From Wallemia ichthyophaga EXF-994 (taxonomy: Eukaryota; Fungi; Basidiomycota), in contig NW_008806285.1 of assembly GCF_000400465.1 (NCBI RefSeq), positions 20,001 to 268,000 on the forward strand: a stretch of DNA of 248,000 bases, written 5' to 3'. Numbering within the stretch: position 1 is the first letter of the stretch; every line of letters starts with the position of its first letter. Position numbers and translations under genes: made by a program. A model generated the notes under the pieces. It searched no databases. It was not told the origin of the DNA and saw only the letters and a list, made by a program, of their open reading frames with translations. Shown piece after piece: positions 125,431-140,132 of this stretch.

Positions 125431-128040
125431 GTGCTCAATATGATGAGCGATGATAAAACTGAGTTTAATCAAATATTAGAAACGAACCCAGAATTCATAA
125501 ATTGGGCAAAGGTTAGTGATGCTTTGTGGCACGTGACCAATGGCTCAGGCGAGTTAAAGAAGGAAGCTATGTATCATCCACCAGATCAATCAGAATCTGT
125601 GTCGAAATACATTGAGAGACGCCTGGTTGAGAGGGGCTGGCCGAATGAGATTGAGCAGATACTTGTTCTAATTAGAGATGAATCTAATGGTCAGTTGATT
125701 TTACTATGGCGTTGTTTGATAAATGAATGTTTTCTTTGTGTATTAGTTCAACCAATCAGCGTACGCCATTTGATTCAAAGAGCAATTTACTGACGAATTC
125801 TACAGCAACAGTAACAGCAACAGTACATGATAATAATGAAAATTCAAGTAATCCGTAAGTACCAATTTCTACTCATAATTGAATGCCTGACTCACATCGC
125901 TTACTCATCAAGTAGCAAATCAAATACACCTAATCACACAGGATTAACAGAGGAACAGGAGGAATATAATATTATTACTGCCAAAGTCTATGACTCTATA
126001 AAGCAATTACCCCACAATCCCGTGCAAATTGCAAACACGATAATTAACTGCATCTTTAACGCAGTCTTTGAAGCTGATTCTAAAATCAGAATTCTGGCTT
126101 TGGAGGCTGCAAATAATGATCAGCTTGATATTCGCACTGAAAGTGAATACATAGATGTCTGGTCCGGCAATAAGAAAGCCATTAAATTATTGTCTGGCTG
126201 GTTTAAAGATGCTTGCTCGACACACAAATCTGATATTGAAGAATGGAAGCCAACTCAGCTCCCTTTATTGTTGGTGAGTTTCTCTTCAAATTCCACTCTA
126301 AACCACCCAACTAACGTGAACCAGTTCCTGACTAAAATTAACTTTGAAACCGAGAAAATTAAACAAGAAGATTTCTTAAGTCTCGTTAAAGTGTTGTGTG
126401 CTTCACCTGACCCAAGTATGCTATCGTCTTTTTGTGAGAAATGTCTTTGACAAGCCACAGATGTTGCAGAAGCAGCCAGGAACTTGGAGCACAAGTGGAC
126501 CCAGCAGGTGTCACCGCCGCTACCACAGGGAAGAAGCTCAAGGTCGAGTTCCAAGCGCTCGATCGAGACAGCCAACGATGGTGGGTGAAGGGTGGATGAA
126601 AATTTTCTCAACTAACTCGAGCCTCGTAGAATCATCCAAGAAGGTGAAAGTGGAAGGAAAGCCACCGGCCACTCTCTTTCCCAGTGCCAAGTCTACAATA
126701 TCGAAGCTGCCGTCCTTCAAAAAGGCACCCAAGGTGCAGGAGATACCAGGAGTACATACGCAAGCGCCAGCGCAAGAAGGGAAGAGTAGTACACGTGCAT
126801 CTCCTCAACAAGCGCCGCCATCTGCAGCAGCCAGCAGAGCGACACCAGTGAACAAACAAAACCCATTCGCCGATTCGCTGGCCATGATGAGTCAAGAGCA
126901 CCAGAAGAAGCGCCCAACATTCAACGACCACCCGGCCAGGCCACCGCCAGGACAGCGGGAACAGCGAGAGCAAGAGAAGCGCGCGGCGGAGTCGGCAGCG
127001 GATAGTGCGAAGAAGGCCAACAGTAAATCCGTACGATGGATGCCTGAGCGTGAGCTAGTCAGTGTGAGGTGGATCGAGAGCCGTGCGGAGCAAGATGACG
127101 TGAGTAGTTTGTGGAATGTGCTATTATCGGGTATGCTGACGCAGCGCAGCACCACGAACACCTCGGCGACGCTAAGCAACTCGAAGTAGACGAGGGAGCT
127201 ATGCTTAAGAAACATATCACGTCTGTCGACGAAGATCAACCAGAGGAGTATGACATTCAGGGACAAGCGGGTAATCAAGCGCAGACGTACGCACAATCAC
127301 AATCACTACCACACCAAACACCCCCTTCTACACCTCAAAAGCGCACCAAAGATATCAGACAGTGGTTCGAGCCGTATATCTGCGAGAGAAATCTGGATGA
127401 CCAGGCAGAATTAACGTCATCCGAGAAAGAAGTACAGGAGCAGAGAGAAGCGACGACGATAATGGCTACATATCTCACAGAAGATCAAATACCATTCACA
127501 CCAGCAGAGCCCAAGAGGGTGCTTGATTCGAGGAATGACGATGGAAAAACAACAGTGATGATAAAGTCAGACACAGCAGATGAAGCTCCGCCAGTAGCTG
127601 GTGGAATTAGTGCACCTTTAAATAGTATACCACCCACACAATTTGGTTCTTCATTCGGCTCAATACCTCCAACGAACAGCATCCAGCCTGAGCAGCAGAT
127701 GATGCTCCATAATATACTAACAGGTAATACGAATGCGGGTGGATTGCCTAATTTCTCCGCTTATGACCTCCCGCCTAAGTCCAAGGCGTTTTATCAGCAT
127801 GGGGAGAGGGAGAGGAAGGGCAGTGGAAGTTATGGAGGTGGCTATGGAGGTGGATATAGCGGCGGCTATGGCGGTGGCTACGGTACCAACTACAGCGCTA
127901 ATCACAGCCCCGACAGCAGTCTCAACATTGGCTCAAATGGCTCAAACAACTACTACCAAAAACCAAAATACGAATGTAAATTCTACAGACAGGGAAACTG
128001 TACCAAGGGGAGTAGGTGTACGTTCAAGCATTCAGCATAG
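125431..128040 (+). CDS. PNUTS/Ppn1-like PP1 regulator (TFIIS-N, KSVRW, CCCH finger)
   Basis: KLLSGWF, KSVRWMPE, CKFYRQGNCTKGSRCTFKH; start approximate. Confidence 0.65.
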
Positions 128041-128119
128041 CATTTTCACTCTTTTTTGTAACACCTTGTGTATTTTTACAGTTATTATCCTATTAGGGAT
128101 GAAAATTGATATAAAGACC

Positions 128120-130265
128120 CTACTTAGACGCCAGCTTGCTGCCGATAAAGGCGACGAGGACGGCTGAGCCAGCAAAGGCGATGGCGGCGGGGAGGAGAAG
128201 GTCTCTGGGTATTCCAAGTACATCAGCGTCTGTGTGACCCTTTGAAGAAGCGGGTGATTTGTTTGTGTGCTCCTCTACAGGCACGCTCGTATGAGCCTCG
128301 TGAGGAAGCTTTTCCTCCACCTCCCTCTCACCATTCTTCTCAATCTCCTCGACGTCCCTGACGCACTGTGACTGGTGGATGTTCTCGTCCCTCACGACCA
128401 CCGCCGGCGTCTCGTCCGTTGGCTTGACTACCTCGACCGCCTCCCAACCCCTGCCACCGTTGACAATGAGGAGGACGCGCGACTGGCGTTTCTTTTGCGC
128501 GACAACGACGGCGTCTTTAACATCGGAATCAGCGTCGAGCACGACGTGATCGCCGTCATCATCCTCGTAGAGCAGGGCGAAGTCGTACGGATCGGGCATG
128601 TCGAGGTCGTGTACAGGTGTTGATTCCACGTGTTGCGAGAAAAACGGATCAGTGGATAGCTTGGAAGGGGGTTTTGTGTCAGTGTGAAATGTTTTTCCGT
128701 AATCCTCCACTCACCTTGCCTGCTACTATATCGCGCAGATGCTCCAGCGATAGTGTAGGCGACTCGAAGCGATGGATGCGCTGGGATGGGCTGACGAACT
128801 TGAACACTGCGACTTGAGCATGTTCATCGGTGGCTTGAGCGTTGCTACCCGTAACAGCCTCTGACTCCATAAGGGACGTATTGAGTCCGACCTGGGATGT
128901 CTCCTCATGGTCGACGACCGACGCTGAGTCGTTAGGGTGGAGTTCGCTATCATTGCGCCCGTTGGGTGAACCCACATCGCGGGAGCCAGAAACAGCTGAC
129001 TCTGCATCATCGGGAGCTGCGGCGAGCGTGCCGAAAAACTTGCCCCACATAGGACCACCCTCCTCTTGCTCCGCGCCGCCATCCTCTGCCGACATGGCGT
129101 TGATCTGCTCAAGAATTGCGTAGGTGAGTTTGAGGACGTCGACAATAGCCACCAGTCTGCCCTCGTCGACGACAGGCATATTGAGATAGTGGCCTGCGTA
129201 CATCTTGCGCAGAGCCTCTTGAATTGTCATGCTAGGTGGAGCTCTGTCGGGATGAGGAGTCATGACGCGCACGACGCTGCAGCGATCAGGCTGCAAACCC
129301 GCAGCAATCACCCTAAGCACGACGTCTTTCGAGGTGAATATACCAGCTATTTTGGCCTGCTCGCCTCCAACACCCGTGTCCATTACGCAGACGGCCGTCG
129401 TGCGGTGCTGCTTCATGATGCGCGCCGCCTCGCGCACGCTCGTACGCACGGAAACGGTGGCAGGGTGGGTGCGAGCGTCGAGCACAGAGTGCAGCTCAGG
129501 AAGGGCCATACGGTCGCGCAAGGCGTCTACGTAGTTCATCATAGCGGACGCCTGGCGCGTGTGCGTGTTGCCCCCGAGCTCGTTCTGCACGCCTTCCAGC
129601 GCCGTGTATAGCTTCTGCGACGCGCCGTAACCTCGCTCGATCTTGTCGAGGGCCTCGTTGAACACACGCGTAATGTCGAGCAGCCCCACTACATCCCCGT
129701 CATCGTTGCATACGGGTAGGTGACGGAAGGCGCGCGACACCATCAACTGGAGAGCATCAGTGGCGCTGGAGGAGTCACGCGTGACGAGCGGGTTGGGCGT
129801 CATGATTTGCGAGACGGGTGTGTGGCGCGTGTCCATGTTCTCGGCTACCACCCTGAATGCTAGATCCTTGGCGGTGAAGATGCCGCAAAGCGACTCGTCA
129901 TCGTCTACGACTAGGACACAGTCGGTACGCTTGGCAGCACAGAGCTGGGAGGCGTCGGCGACTGAGATGGAGTCGGGGACAGTGAGAGCAGGGGAAGGCT
130001 TGAGGGCGGCGACAGAGCCTGGCTGCTTCTGGTTGCGCTTGGGCTGTCTACTGGAATGCTTTCTGTTGGAGTGGGTGGACTGGGTGGAGCCAGGGCGCTT
130101 CTTGCCCAACTCAGTCTCGATCTTGCGCCTGAGAGCCTCGTCTTTCTGCGTGTTGCGCTTTCTGCGGTTGTCTGGAAGTGGAGATGGGGAATCAGACATG
130201 GCTGGAGATGGTGAGAGTGGTCTGGAGGAGAGGGATGAAGGGTTGCGCTGGGGGATGCGTGACAT
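128120..130265 (-). CDS. CBS and PB1 domain protein
   Basis: Four CBS repeats (GIFTAKDL, FRHLPV), PB1 YEDDDGDHVVL, C-terminal TM. Confidence 0.88.
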
Positions 130266-130368
130266 GTTAAAATTTAGATGATGGTGGTTTGAACGGAGGA
130301 ATATCACTGGCCATCTCGAGCATCTCCCAGCACACACGACTCTCACCGCGACGACGACGACGACGACG

Positions 130369-130883
130369 ATGCTCGGATTGAAATCGACGATGAATGTGGG
130401 GCGTGCGTGCTAGAATATAAACAGGGCTAACGACACACACAAGATAATAGACAACTCAGGCGCTCTGGTTGCAGAAGTCATCAACGTCCTCAAAGTCAAG
130501 TCTGGCAGTGGCATTGGCAGCGTCGGGGATGAGTGCGTGGTGGTCATCCAATCAGCCAAACCGATCCCCGCGAATCTCAACATATCTGCAAATTCACCTG
130601 CAGCAGCCAACAAGATCAGGAAGGGCGATATACGCAGAGCTGTGATTGTACGCACAAAGCAGCAGATTAGAAGACCAGATGGCCGCTTTGTCAGGTTCGA
130701 CGACAACGCAGGTGTTCTCATAAACCCTAAGAAGGAGCTTCTCGGCTCTAGGATCTCAGGCGTAATTGCTAACGAGGTGAGGCAGAAGGGCTGGGGGAAG
130801 ATTGCGTCTGTTGCGCCCAAGGTGAGTGTGGTGTAGATTACATGATGATTAGACTAACACTCGGAACCACAGCTACTCTAGTA
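130369..130883 (+). CDS. MRPL38: Mitochondrial ribosomal protein uL14m
   Basis: [19 protein letters not shown]. Confidence 0.9.
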
Positions 130884-130918
130884 AGGCATTGCAATATGTA
130901 TTTATAGATAATCATTCA

Positions 130919-132380
130919 TTATTCCTCATATCTGGCCACTCGATACACACGCATAGTCTCTTTGGCTCCTTTTGAGTGTTTGTTAACCAGTCCATCGAAA
131001 GCCCGCGTTGAATCCTTGATGCGCTTACCCGTCGCGCTGATACTCCACTCCGTCAGTATCCCCCGTCCACCAGGATGTGAGTCAGCGTAAGGCGTAGCGT
131101 CAACGATGAATCCATCGATCAGCAGCAGTAGCTGTTTTCCACCTTGTCCAGCATGTTCTCCGCTAGCCCTCGCCCTTTCTCTCACCTCACCAGCACCCCA
131201 CACGGGCAACTCGCTCTCGCTTCTCGCAACATTCTCCTTAGGTATCCTCTCATGCAGCCTGCTCGCCTCGAGCGACAGCATACCCGCCTTAGCTTTGAGG
131301 TAGTCTGTGTCAGTGATGCGATGCAGATACGGGATCTGGTTGGTGAGTGCGTGGAGCAAGTGCAGCACCCAAGCGCTCGGATCCCAATCGCCACGCGCCG
131401 GTCCGTTCCTATAATCGTGCGGGAATGCGTGGTGGAAATTGTGGTTGCCCTCGCCCGACGTGCACAGCGCGATGAAAAGCGTCCCCCGACTGCTATTTTC
131501 CTCGCTATAGGGCTGATCGCCGATGTAGTGCGCGAGCGAGTTGATCATCTGGAGTGCGAGTGTGAGTGTGAGTATGAGTATCGTGGCTACTATCTACTCA
131601 CAAAAGTGCAGTGCCAAATAAGCAGTCGTGCGACCAGACCACCCCACACGAATCCGCCGAGCGCATCGCCCCACTGCCGAGCCGCCACGGCGGGCAGGAG
131701 GAGACCGGCGGTGAGAGCGATGGGTATGTAATGGCGATGCTGGAATCGGACTACGGGATCGCTCTCCAAGTCACCCTTGTCGATCATCTTCATACGCGGA
131801 TACGCGCGTTTGTAGTAAATCCACCCGCAGTGACTCCAGAACAACCCCAGCTGCGCAGAGTACGGATCGTGGACGGGATCGTCGGTGAAGCGGTGGTGTA
131901 GCCGATGACGCACCACCCACCTTATGTAATGTAATTAGAAGGCGCGTTGGTTTATACACAGCGCACAGCTTACTCACCACTTTATACTCCCTTGGAAACC
132001 AAGTGAGCCCATGAAAGCCAGCGCTGTCCGTAGCGGTAGACGCGCTGTATACGCCTTGTGACTCCATAACCGGTGGTAACCCAGTGTGATGCTGGGGATA
132101 GCGTGAGTGAGATATTTGACACCACTAATACACCCCAACCCACCCAAACGAAGCCAGCTGCCAGGATGCTACACACAGCGCAAGCGTGTAAGTGTGCAGA
132201 TCGCGCCAGGGTGATAGAACCACTGCGCCATACACAGCAGCCACGTGCATCCCCGTAAAGAATATGGCGTTCGACCTGCGATATGGTTATTCATCTGTTG
132301 CCACTATCACAGACCAACTGACCACCATATTTCATCTTTGGGGACTCTTTGGGGTGTTGTGGCTGTTGATGACATTTGCC
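130919..132380 (-). CDS. Delta-9 fatty acid desaturase with cytochrome b5 domain
   Basis: HRLW, HRLHHRFTD, GEGNHNFHH, HPGG; start approximate. Confidence 0.88.
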
Positions 132381-133269
132381 TTGCTTTATTTTGCTGCTTG
132401 TTCTCTTTGCCGTCCCTCTGAGTGAGATTACTGCCGTGGCCGTGTTTTTTCAAGTGGGCTGGTTATCTGATGCGCGATGAGGAGATGGTTATGGATTTAA
132501 CCGGTGGATATGTGCCGTGAGTTATCTTAGCCGTCTCAGCATACAACCAACACTAATGCGCTCTCATGCATCTCACTGCCGCCCACGATTCGAGACACTC
132601 GGTCGCTATTGACGTCGTTTGGGTGGCCGATAACGGAGTGTATATCGGAGTAGTACATACGCATGTCATATAGTTATATTTTAAAATGACACAGGCCATC
132701 GATTAGGTTCGACTGCACTTGGCCGACAGCTGGCGTGAAGCGGGGGAGCAGGAGTAGTGGGCAGTGAGTCTGTTGGCGTAATTGTTATTTTAGCTGTAGC
132801 TGTGTGTAGCGCACCTGTATCGCACCTATTCCATATATATCCAAACGCACAGTGCCTGCGTCATGTAACTTGCCAGGGCTCGTGCGAGATACGGCGGAGA
132901 AGGGGAGCGTAAATGGGGGCGTGACCAGTGAGCTACCAAAGCGAATCACAACTCCTAAACCACCCGAAGTAAAACCAATCCGGCGAAACACAATCTGGAT
133001 GAAATTGCAACCGAGACTGTATGATGTGTTTGTTTTACAAGTACATGAGGTGGAAGCAATTACTGGGTTGTATTAATGTCGTATATGCTATATGGCAGCT
133101 AGCAGCACTTGCCCACACGGCCACTGGGCATTACTAGGCCAATTGGTACACGCTCAGTTGGCCGACGGCGAAGACATTTGCGTGCCATGGTGGAGACATA
133201 GCTATCTTGTAGACATCCAACACACTGGGTGATCACACCGTTCACAACACTAATTATACTGATATCACA

Positions 133270-134826
133270 ATGTCCACTACTACACAACCCAGTCTACTGT
133301 CTGTGCACCTTCGCAGGGCGGGTGTGGGTACAAACAATAGGCCGGATAGAGACAGCAAGGCAGTCCAAGACAAGGTCGATGCAAGCAACGCAGATACAGC
133401 GTTTATATCACTCCCAGCTGTTTTTGAGGACGAACCAGAGTTTCCAGCGCAGGCTGACGGAGAGCACAGGGATTATACTCCACTCAGCTCACCTCCTACC
133501 ACGCCGCATCTCAGTTTCATTATTTCAAAGCCACGCTCTGCACCCAGCGATCAGTCTGGTAGGCTGGCCAGCCAACAGTCATCCACCACACCGCCGGAAC
133601 ATATTCATCATAGTAAACCACCCACTGTCTGGTGTCACAGACTCAACAGCCAGAAGGACCACGCAAGCGACCATCACCCCAAGTCTGAGTCTAATAAGTT
133701 GTACAATCTGTTGAGATCCTTCTCAGTATCGTCTATGCCAGCGCTGTCGACGTCAGCGACGACAGCCAACACAGCCACCACGCTGATAGAGCCATCGACG
133801 CCACCATGTGCGCAGACTTGGCAGAGGAGGAAGGTAAGTGATGTTTGAGTTTAATGCGATGACGTCAAATTAACACACACGCAGTCATCAAACAGCTCCC
133901 TGCCCTCCCTGCCCTCACTGTCCTCCTTCTCAACAACAACTGCGCCGCCCACGGCCACGCCCAAAGCGGCCCAGTCCACGCTCGTTGACACGACGAGCGC
134001 CACCGCGCAGATGATCAAGTACGATGCGCAAGTCGAGCGAAAGCGGATGAGTTTGAGTGACGACGCGGAGGAGATGCGCCGGAGAAACACGCTATGGCGA
134101 CGCATAGGCGGATACGTGGTAGACACGCATAGTCAAACGCACACGGACAGCGCCGCACTCCTCAACAGTCAGATACGGCAAGAGGAACGTTTTCCCGATA
134201 GCCTGACGGAGCGACTGCGTAACGTCAAGGCACGCTGGTCACTCTCTATCTCGGAAGCACGCTCCGAGGGTCGCGCGCAGGCCGTTGCGCTGCTCAGAGA
134301 TGCTCGCATTCTCTACCGCGAAATGAAGATTGAGGGTAGTGGTGGGGTGCTGGACGGTGATGTATTTCACTCTTACTCTCCCTCACCCTCTCAATCTACA
134401 GCTACTAAATCTCCCCGCTGCGATCACTGCTGCGCCCTCCATAGCGGAGGTCCTTACGAATGCGACCTTAATCGTCAGATCCGCGCTGGGCGCGCACACG
134501 AACGCGAGAAGAGACGCATTAAGTCGTGGATCGAATTGCACCTCACCGCTCTTAAACTCAACGTTGGCAACTGGGATAAGATCAATTGCCCTCATCCTCT
134601 CTCCCACATCAAGAAATTCGAATACGGCGCTGACCTCTGCACATCCTCGGGTCTCTCTTCCAAGTCATGGCTAGAAATACAGGGCGACACGGACAGAGAG
134701 AGGAACGAAGCCCTGTTAGAGTCGCGCGAATTCGACTTTTGCCTCGAGTATCTTGCCCATTTCCACAGACACCAGATGAAAAAGAAGAAAAACACGTCTA
134801 GCTATAGACCACGTTCTTCTATTTAG
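133270..134826 (+). CDS. Hypothetical low-complexity protein
   Basis: Two long ORFs joined by a plausible intron. Confidence 0.5.
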
Positions 134827-135093
134827 CACTTTTTAACTATTTATTTTTACTCAATCACTCTTTCTCTCTCTCCAGCTGCTCAATCTACATTACGATCTTC
134901 ACGACCACCGAAAGCCATCTAATTCAGCCCGATTGGCTCTCGCTGCTTGTTCTACTAAACATGTTCTCTACTAATTATGCGTGTAATCTGCTATTTATTA
135001 TCTTCATGATTTATGCTTACAATGATGCTATATATGCCGCTGGTATACTGTGCTTAGACTACTTACTCACCCATACCCCACCACATCAACTCC

Positions 135094-137338
135094 TCAAGTG
135101 AAAGAATAGATACGTATATCGCGGTCATCTCCCGCGGTGACGATCTTATCTCCGCTGAGCTGCACAGCGGTGACAGCGCCCGCGTGGCCGACCAACGTTG
135201 CCAAGCATCTCCCAGTATCTGTATCCCACACCTTGACAGTACGATCGTGAGACGTGGAGACGATACGCAATCGATCAGCGTCGATGGACCAGATCCCTTT
135301 GATGAGTGTGAGTGAAAGTATAAGAAAGCGCCTTAGAATATCCCCACGCACCCTCTATATGACCGAATAGCGTGCGTGCACACCGCCCAGTATTCACATC
135401 CCATACTTTGACCGTGTTATCGAGTGCGCCGCTTACCAGCATCGGCACTGTTTCGTGAGATGCAGAAGTATCGCCGAGTATCTTGTCTACACTGCTCTGG
135501 CTCGACTCGACGAGGTTGTTGGTATTGTGAGAAGCAGACGGACCTTGTGCACCGCGATTAATATTCCCACCACTACCACCAACACCATTACTACTGTCGA
135601 GCACGCGCTGCAGTTTCGGCGCTCCACCTTCCTCATGCTCCGTCTGCGCCACCTCGAGCGTCTTGGAATCAACAAGTATCATCTTGATGTCTTGTACCTG
135701 CCCAACATGGCTGTCGAAGCTTCTGATGCACTCGCGGCTGCCAAGGCTCCACATTTTGATGGATCCGTCATCCGATGCGCTGAAGAGGATTTTCTGCGCC
135801 TCGCGGAGCTGTTCCGAGCCTGAAATTGAGCTGGAACTGGACACCATCCCATCCCAGATCTGCACGCTATTAACCCAATCGCGGTGCCCGCGCAGTGTGA
135901 AGCACTCAGCAGTCTTGAATCGCCAAACTTTCACAGTAGCATCCGCGGACCCCGAAGCAAGAACAGTTTTATCGAAATCGAGACAAACTACTCCCTCTCT
136001 ATGACCTTCTAAAGTACGTATACACTCTCCATTCCTCCAATTCCATATTTTGAGCGTCCTGTCCATACTCCCCGTTATCAACTTAGCTTCGTCGAATTTG
136101 AGTGTGCGTATACCGCGCGTATGTCCGCGCAGCACGCCTACCTGTGCACCTGTATCGAGATTCCACACGCGCGCTGTGCGGTCGTATGAGCCTGTGATAA
136201 GTGTCGGGGCGGGGTGAGCATGTTCGTCAAACTGCAGACACATCACTCCCTCAGTGTGACCGGAAAGTGTTTGCACCGTGTGTGTGCCCCGACGCCAATT
136301 GCGCTCAATCAGTAGTCGCTCCGTGTAAACCGCTTTCCAAGGTCGCGTCAGTGGCTTGCATGTGCCACCGACCCCGCTGCTGCTGCTCGGACTAACTGTC
136401 ATATTCGACGCTTTCTGCCGGATGGTATTCATCGGCGATGCTGAGCGCGATGGTGAGAGTGTGGGTGAGATTGAAGTGGAGTGCGTCGGCGATGTACGCG
136501 CTGATCTGTGTCGCTTTACGGGTCGGTCATCGACGTCCATGGTGTTGATTGTGTCTATTGTGTCAAATGGGTTTGGGGTGGCTGATGTGGCTGATGCACC
136601 CGGTGCACCCCCTGTACCATCATGCATCGCCAAATGGGCCGTGTGGCTCGCTAGTAAAGCTCTCTTGGCACTACCCACCTTGGTACTTGGCTCCTTCTGC
136701 AATTTGCGTCTCTTCTCGAGGAGAGGTAACCCCCAACCGCACTTCTCGCACTTGCGCTCGATATGCTGCTCACACATGTTACGCCAGAGGAGATCGTCAT
136801 CTGCGAGGTTCTTCCAGCTGCGACTGACTTGTGCAGCTCTAGCGAGGGAAATAGCGTCTAGATAGCCCATAATTTTGAGATTGAGTTCTCGTGGAAGGAG
136901 CATGAAAGGGTCAATTCTAATAAGATTGCCTAGCTCCTCGTAGAGATAGCTGAGTTGAGAGAAACAGCATGTTTGGAGGATACCTTTGAGGATGAGCACG
137001 CGGAGAGGACTGCTGGCTGCAGAAAACGAGGACCATATGGAAGTGACGGCTGAGCGCTGGTTTAGGGGTAGCTCATCGAGTGCTTGCTGTAGCTCAGCCG
137101 ATGCGCCCTCATCAGCCATATTCTTGTGGCGCAAACAGAGAGTCCTGCTGTCCTCCTCGCCAACAACGTTATCCTCTTCAGATCTCAGCCTGCCTTTGCC
137201 CTTATCCTGGGTATAAGAGTGGGAGTATTCGCTGTAGTCGTCATCGCACGCTTTCCTAGAAGACGAGAGAGATCTGGAGAGATCAGAGTGGGAGATGGCA
137301 ATATCAGAATTTGATTTCTTAATTTCTTCAGTGCCCAT
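135094..137338 (-). CDS. MET30: F-box/WD40 protein Met30/SconB
   Basis: F-box, CEQHIERKCEKCGWGLP, WD40 repeats. Confidence 0.92.
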
Positions 137339-137434
137339 TAAACGGGTTTTGAGAGATGATGACTGTGAGGAACAGAGATGCGTGATGCGAGTGGCGCAAC
137401 AGACGAGATAAGCCCAAGAAAATATTCATTTATT

Positions 137435-138471
137435 CTAAGCAAGTACAACAGCCAATCCAACCAACGCTAATAATCCGGTTGACAAAACAGCTCTGGTTGA
137501 AGATGAGTCAGGGTCGGTGTTTTGTGCGCTGGTGTTGTCATCGTTGTCGTCGTTGTCGTCGTTGTCGTTTTCGTTGTCGTTGTCGCTGTTACCGCCACTG
137601 CCTGCAACGACTGAGCTTGGTGTGGCAGAGACAGACGCGGTGTTGACAGTTGAAGTAGGCTTAGCAGACACAGTGCTATCGCCAACCTCACAGATAAAGT
137701 AAGTCGCAGCGACAATCTTTGAGTTAGTGGAATCAATGTAGTCGGCAATGTTCATTTTACCGAGTGGAGTCTGGCTATCTAAGCCGTCTGGGGCCTGGAA
137801 GTCTTGTGGCTGCTTCAATAACAAAAATTGGTATCTGTGTGGACCACTGCCTCTTGCTGGGCCTGGACCTGTGTAGCTGGTGATAACCTTACCAGAGTCA
137901 CCGTCGTGGATTGCAACTCCATTGTCCGAGTCTGAGTCGTCGCTGTCGTCGCCATCACCGCCAACTGAAATGTTGTTCTCAAGGAAATGGCGTGTTTGGC
138001 CTGTAAATAGAATAAGCGTGGATCATCAAAGTGCTCAAATACACACCTTCTGATTGGTCTGCACCGTTGTAGTCTGCATCGATCAGTGCTAAAGTGTATT
138101 GTCCGTCAAGTGTAGCGTTTTCAGATGGGAGGTATCTAAACTCTGGCTTCTCTTGAACGGCTGTGGAGCGCGTGAGTATTTTAACTCCAAACTACCCCAA
138201 ACGCACCGTCCTTTGACAGACGCTGGCCCAAGCTCAGTGGCTCATCTTGGTTATCAAACTTGACCCAGAGAAGTCCTTGGAGATTGTTGAAATCCTCTGA
138301 CTGGAACTCATCCCCAATCAGTCCTGCTGCATTGAAGTCTGCCTGTATGTGTGTTAGTTGTGCCCATCAATAGCTAACTCGACCCACCTTTACTACTGCG
138401 AGTCTGCCTTCATCAACAGCGGCAACGGAAACACCTGCCAAAGCAGCGAGTAATAAAGATTTAATCAACAT
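137435..138471 (-). CDS. PEBP-family protein with signal peptide and GPI-like tail
   Basis: YTGPGPARGSGPHRY, Ser/Thr/Asp tail, hydrophobic end. Confidence 0.8.
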
Positions 138472-138549
138472 TTTTAGATGATAGTTGTTCTGGTTTAAGA
138501 GGGTTCCTCAGCCTTCTGGGCCTTCTCCGCCTTCTTCAAACATCTTCAA

Positions 138550-140061
138550 ATGTCCGAATTCAAAGAGCTTGTGGAATTTCTTAGGAATGATAATCCAACT
138601 ATCAGGCAGATTGCCATACAGCACCTCGCGGGTTTCACGACCAATCAGAAGCAGCTATTCGACAACGACGCCATCTCCCAGGTAAAGCTGTCGTGCAGAG
138701 ATAAGCCTGTAAGTGGGCTGTAGATGCTTAGTCATTGCTCACCAGGCCTATCACGCTCAAGGCTATTGCTCACGACGCTTTCTCCATCCTCGTGAACCTC
138801 TCCGACTCTGTTCTCAGCTCAAATGCCATCGCTACCAAAGAATTCCTCCTTTTCCTTACCAGCTACATCTCCAATCCATCAGCTCTATTAGCTGATCTAG
138901 CCTGTATGCTTCTCTCTAACCTCAGCAAGCTCCCAAATCTCATGCATGCGCTATGCTCTCAGCAAATCCCAATTAGTCTCCACGACGGAAATGTTTCTTA
139001 TATTGCGTCTAAGAGCGATTCTTCAAGCGTACAGATGGATGGTCTTCAAACCACCGTAAAAGCTCTTCCCTGTCTCGTTGAGGCTTTTGTCCAGGGCGCT
139101 AACAAACCCGAGACGGCTGTTGAGAGTGCTGAGGCTGATGCACAGCGTAAATCTAATTGCCACTTCTTAGGCTCCGTATTCGCCAACATCACCACTACTC
139201 AACCTGGCAGAGACTTTTTCACATCTCCTTCACTTTCATTCGACTCCCTTGCCAACCAAAAGTCTGCCAAGGAGTATCCACTTGCCAAGCTCACTGCTTT
139301 CACAGAGCACCCAAGCAATATCAGAAGACACGGTGTAGCTGCTGCTCTCAAGTGAGTTGCTTTGGCTTGATATCATCACCTCACCTCACCCACTTAGGAA
139401 CTCGACTTTCGTTAAGGACGCACACAGGGCACTACTTGCACAAGACTCAGAAATTGTTGGCGAGTGCAACGGCGTTAATATGCTTCCATATGTCCTCTTG
139501 CCCTTGTGTGGTCCTGAAGAATTCGATATCGAGGTGCGTTGTTTCTTGGCATTTCATCTTATTCTCACATTCCACCGCACATAGGAACAAGAGGCTCTGC
139601 CGGAAGTTTGCCAATTACTCCCTCCAACAAAACAGCGCGAAGTGGATCCTAGCATCCGCAAGACACACATTGAGACACTCTTGCTACTCTGCACCACACT
139701 CCACGGAAGGGAGTACCTCAGGAGCAGGAACACTTACGTTGTCATCAAGGCTGCCCATGCCGATGAAAAGGACCAGCAGGTATGCTCGACTTTTTTTTTA
139801 AAAAAAATACTTGGTGCCTAATCAACTATCTACAGGTCACCGATGAAATGATCAAGGTGGGAACGTAGCGTTAATATAGAGCAATCTAACTCGCTGCACA
139901 GCTCGTCAACCTCATCATGAGAGAAGAGGGCCAAGAGTGAGTATGTTCCTCGCTGCGTCATCACCCGCTGACAATTGCGATTGCACAGAACAAAGATACA
140001 GGAGCTCTCAAAAAAAGAATCTGAGCTGATAGACGAGGACATGACAATCGAGGAGGTTTAA
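138550..140061 (+). CDS. HGH1: Hgh1 (eEF2 chaperone)
   Basis: LACMLLSNL, CHFLGSVFAN, LLPLCGPEE. Confidence 0.85.
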
Positions 140062-140132
140062 ACTATTTAAATTCACATGCATATTTATATTTAGAACGCA
140101 AACGTTGGCTTAGTCAAGTACAATCAACTCAT

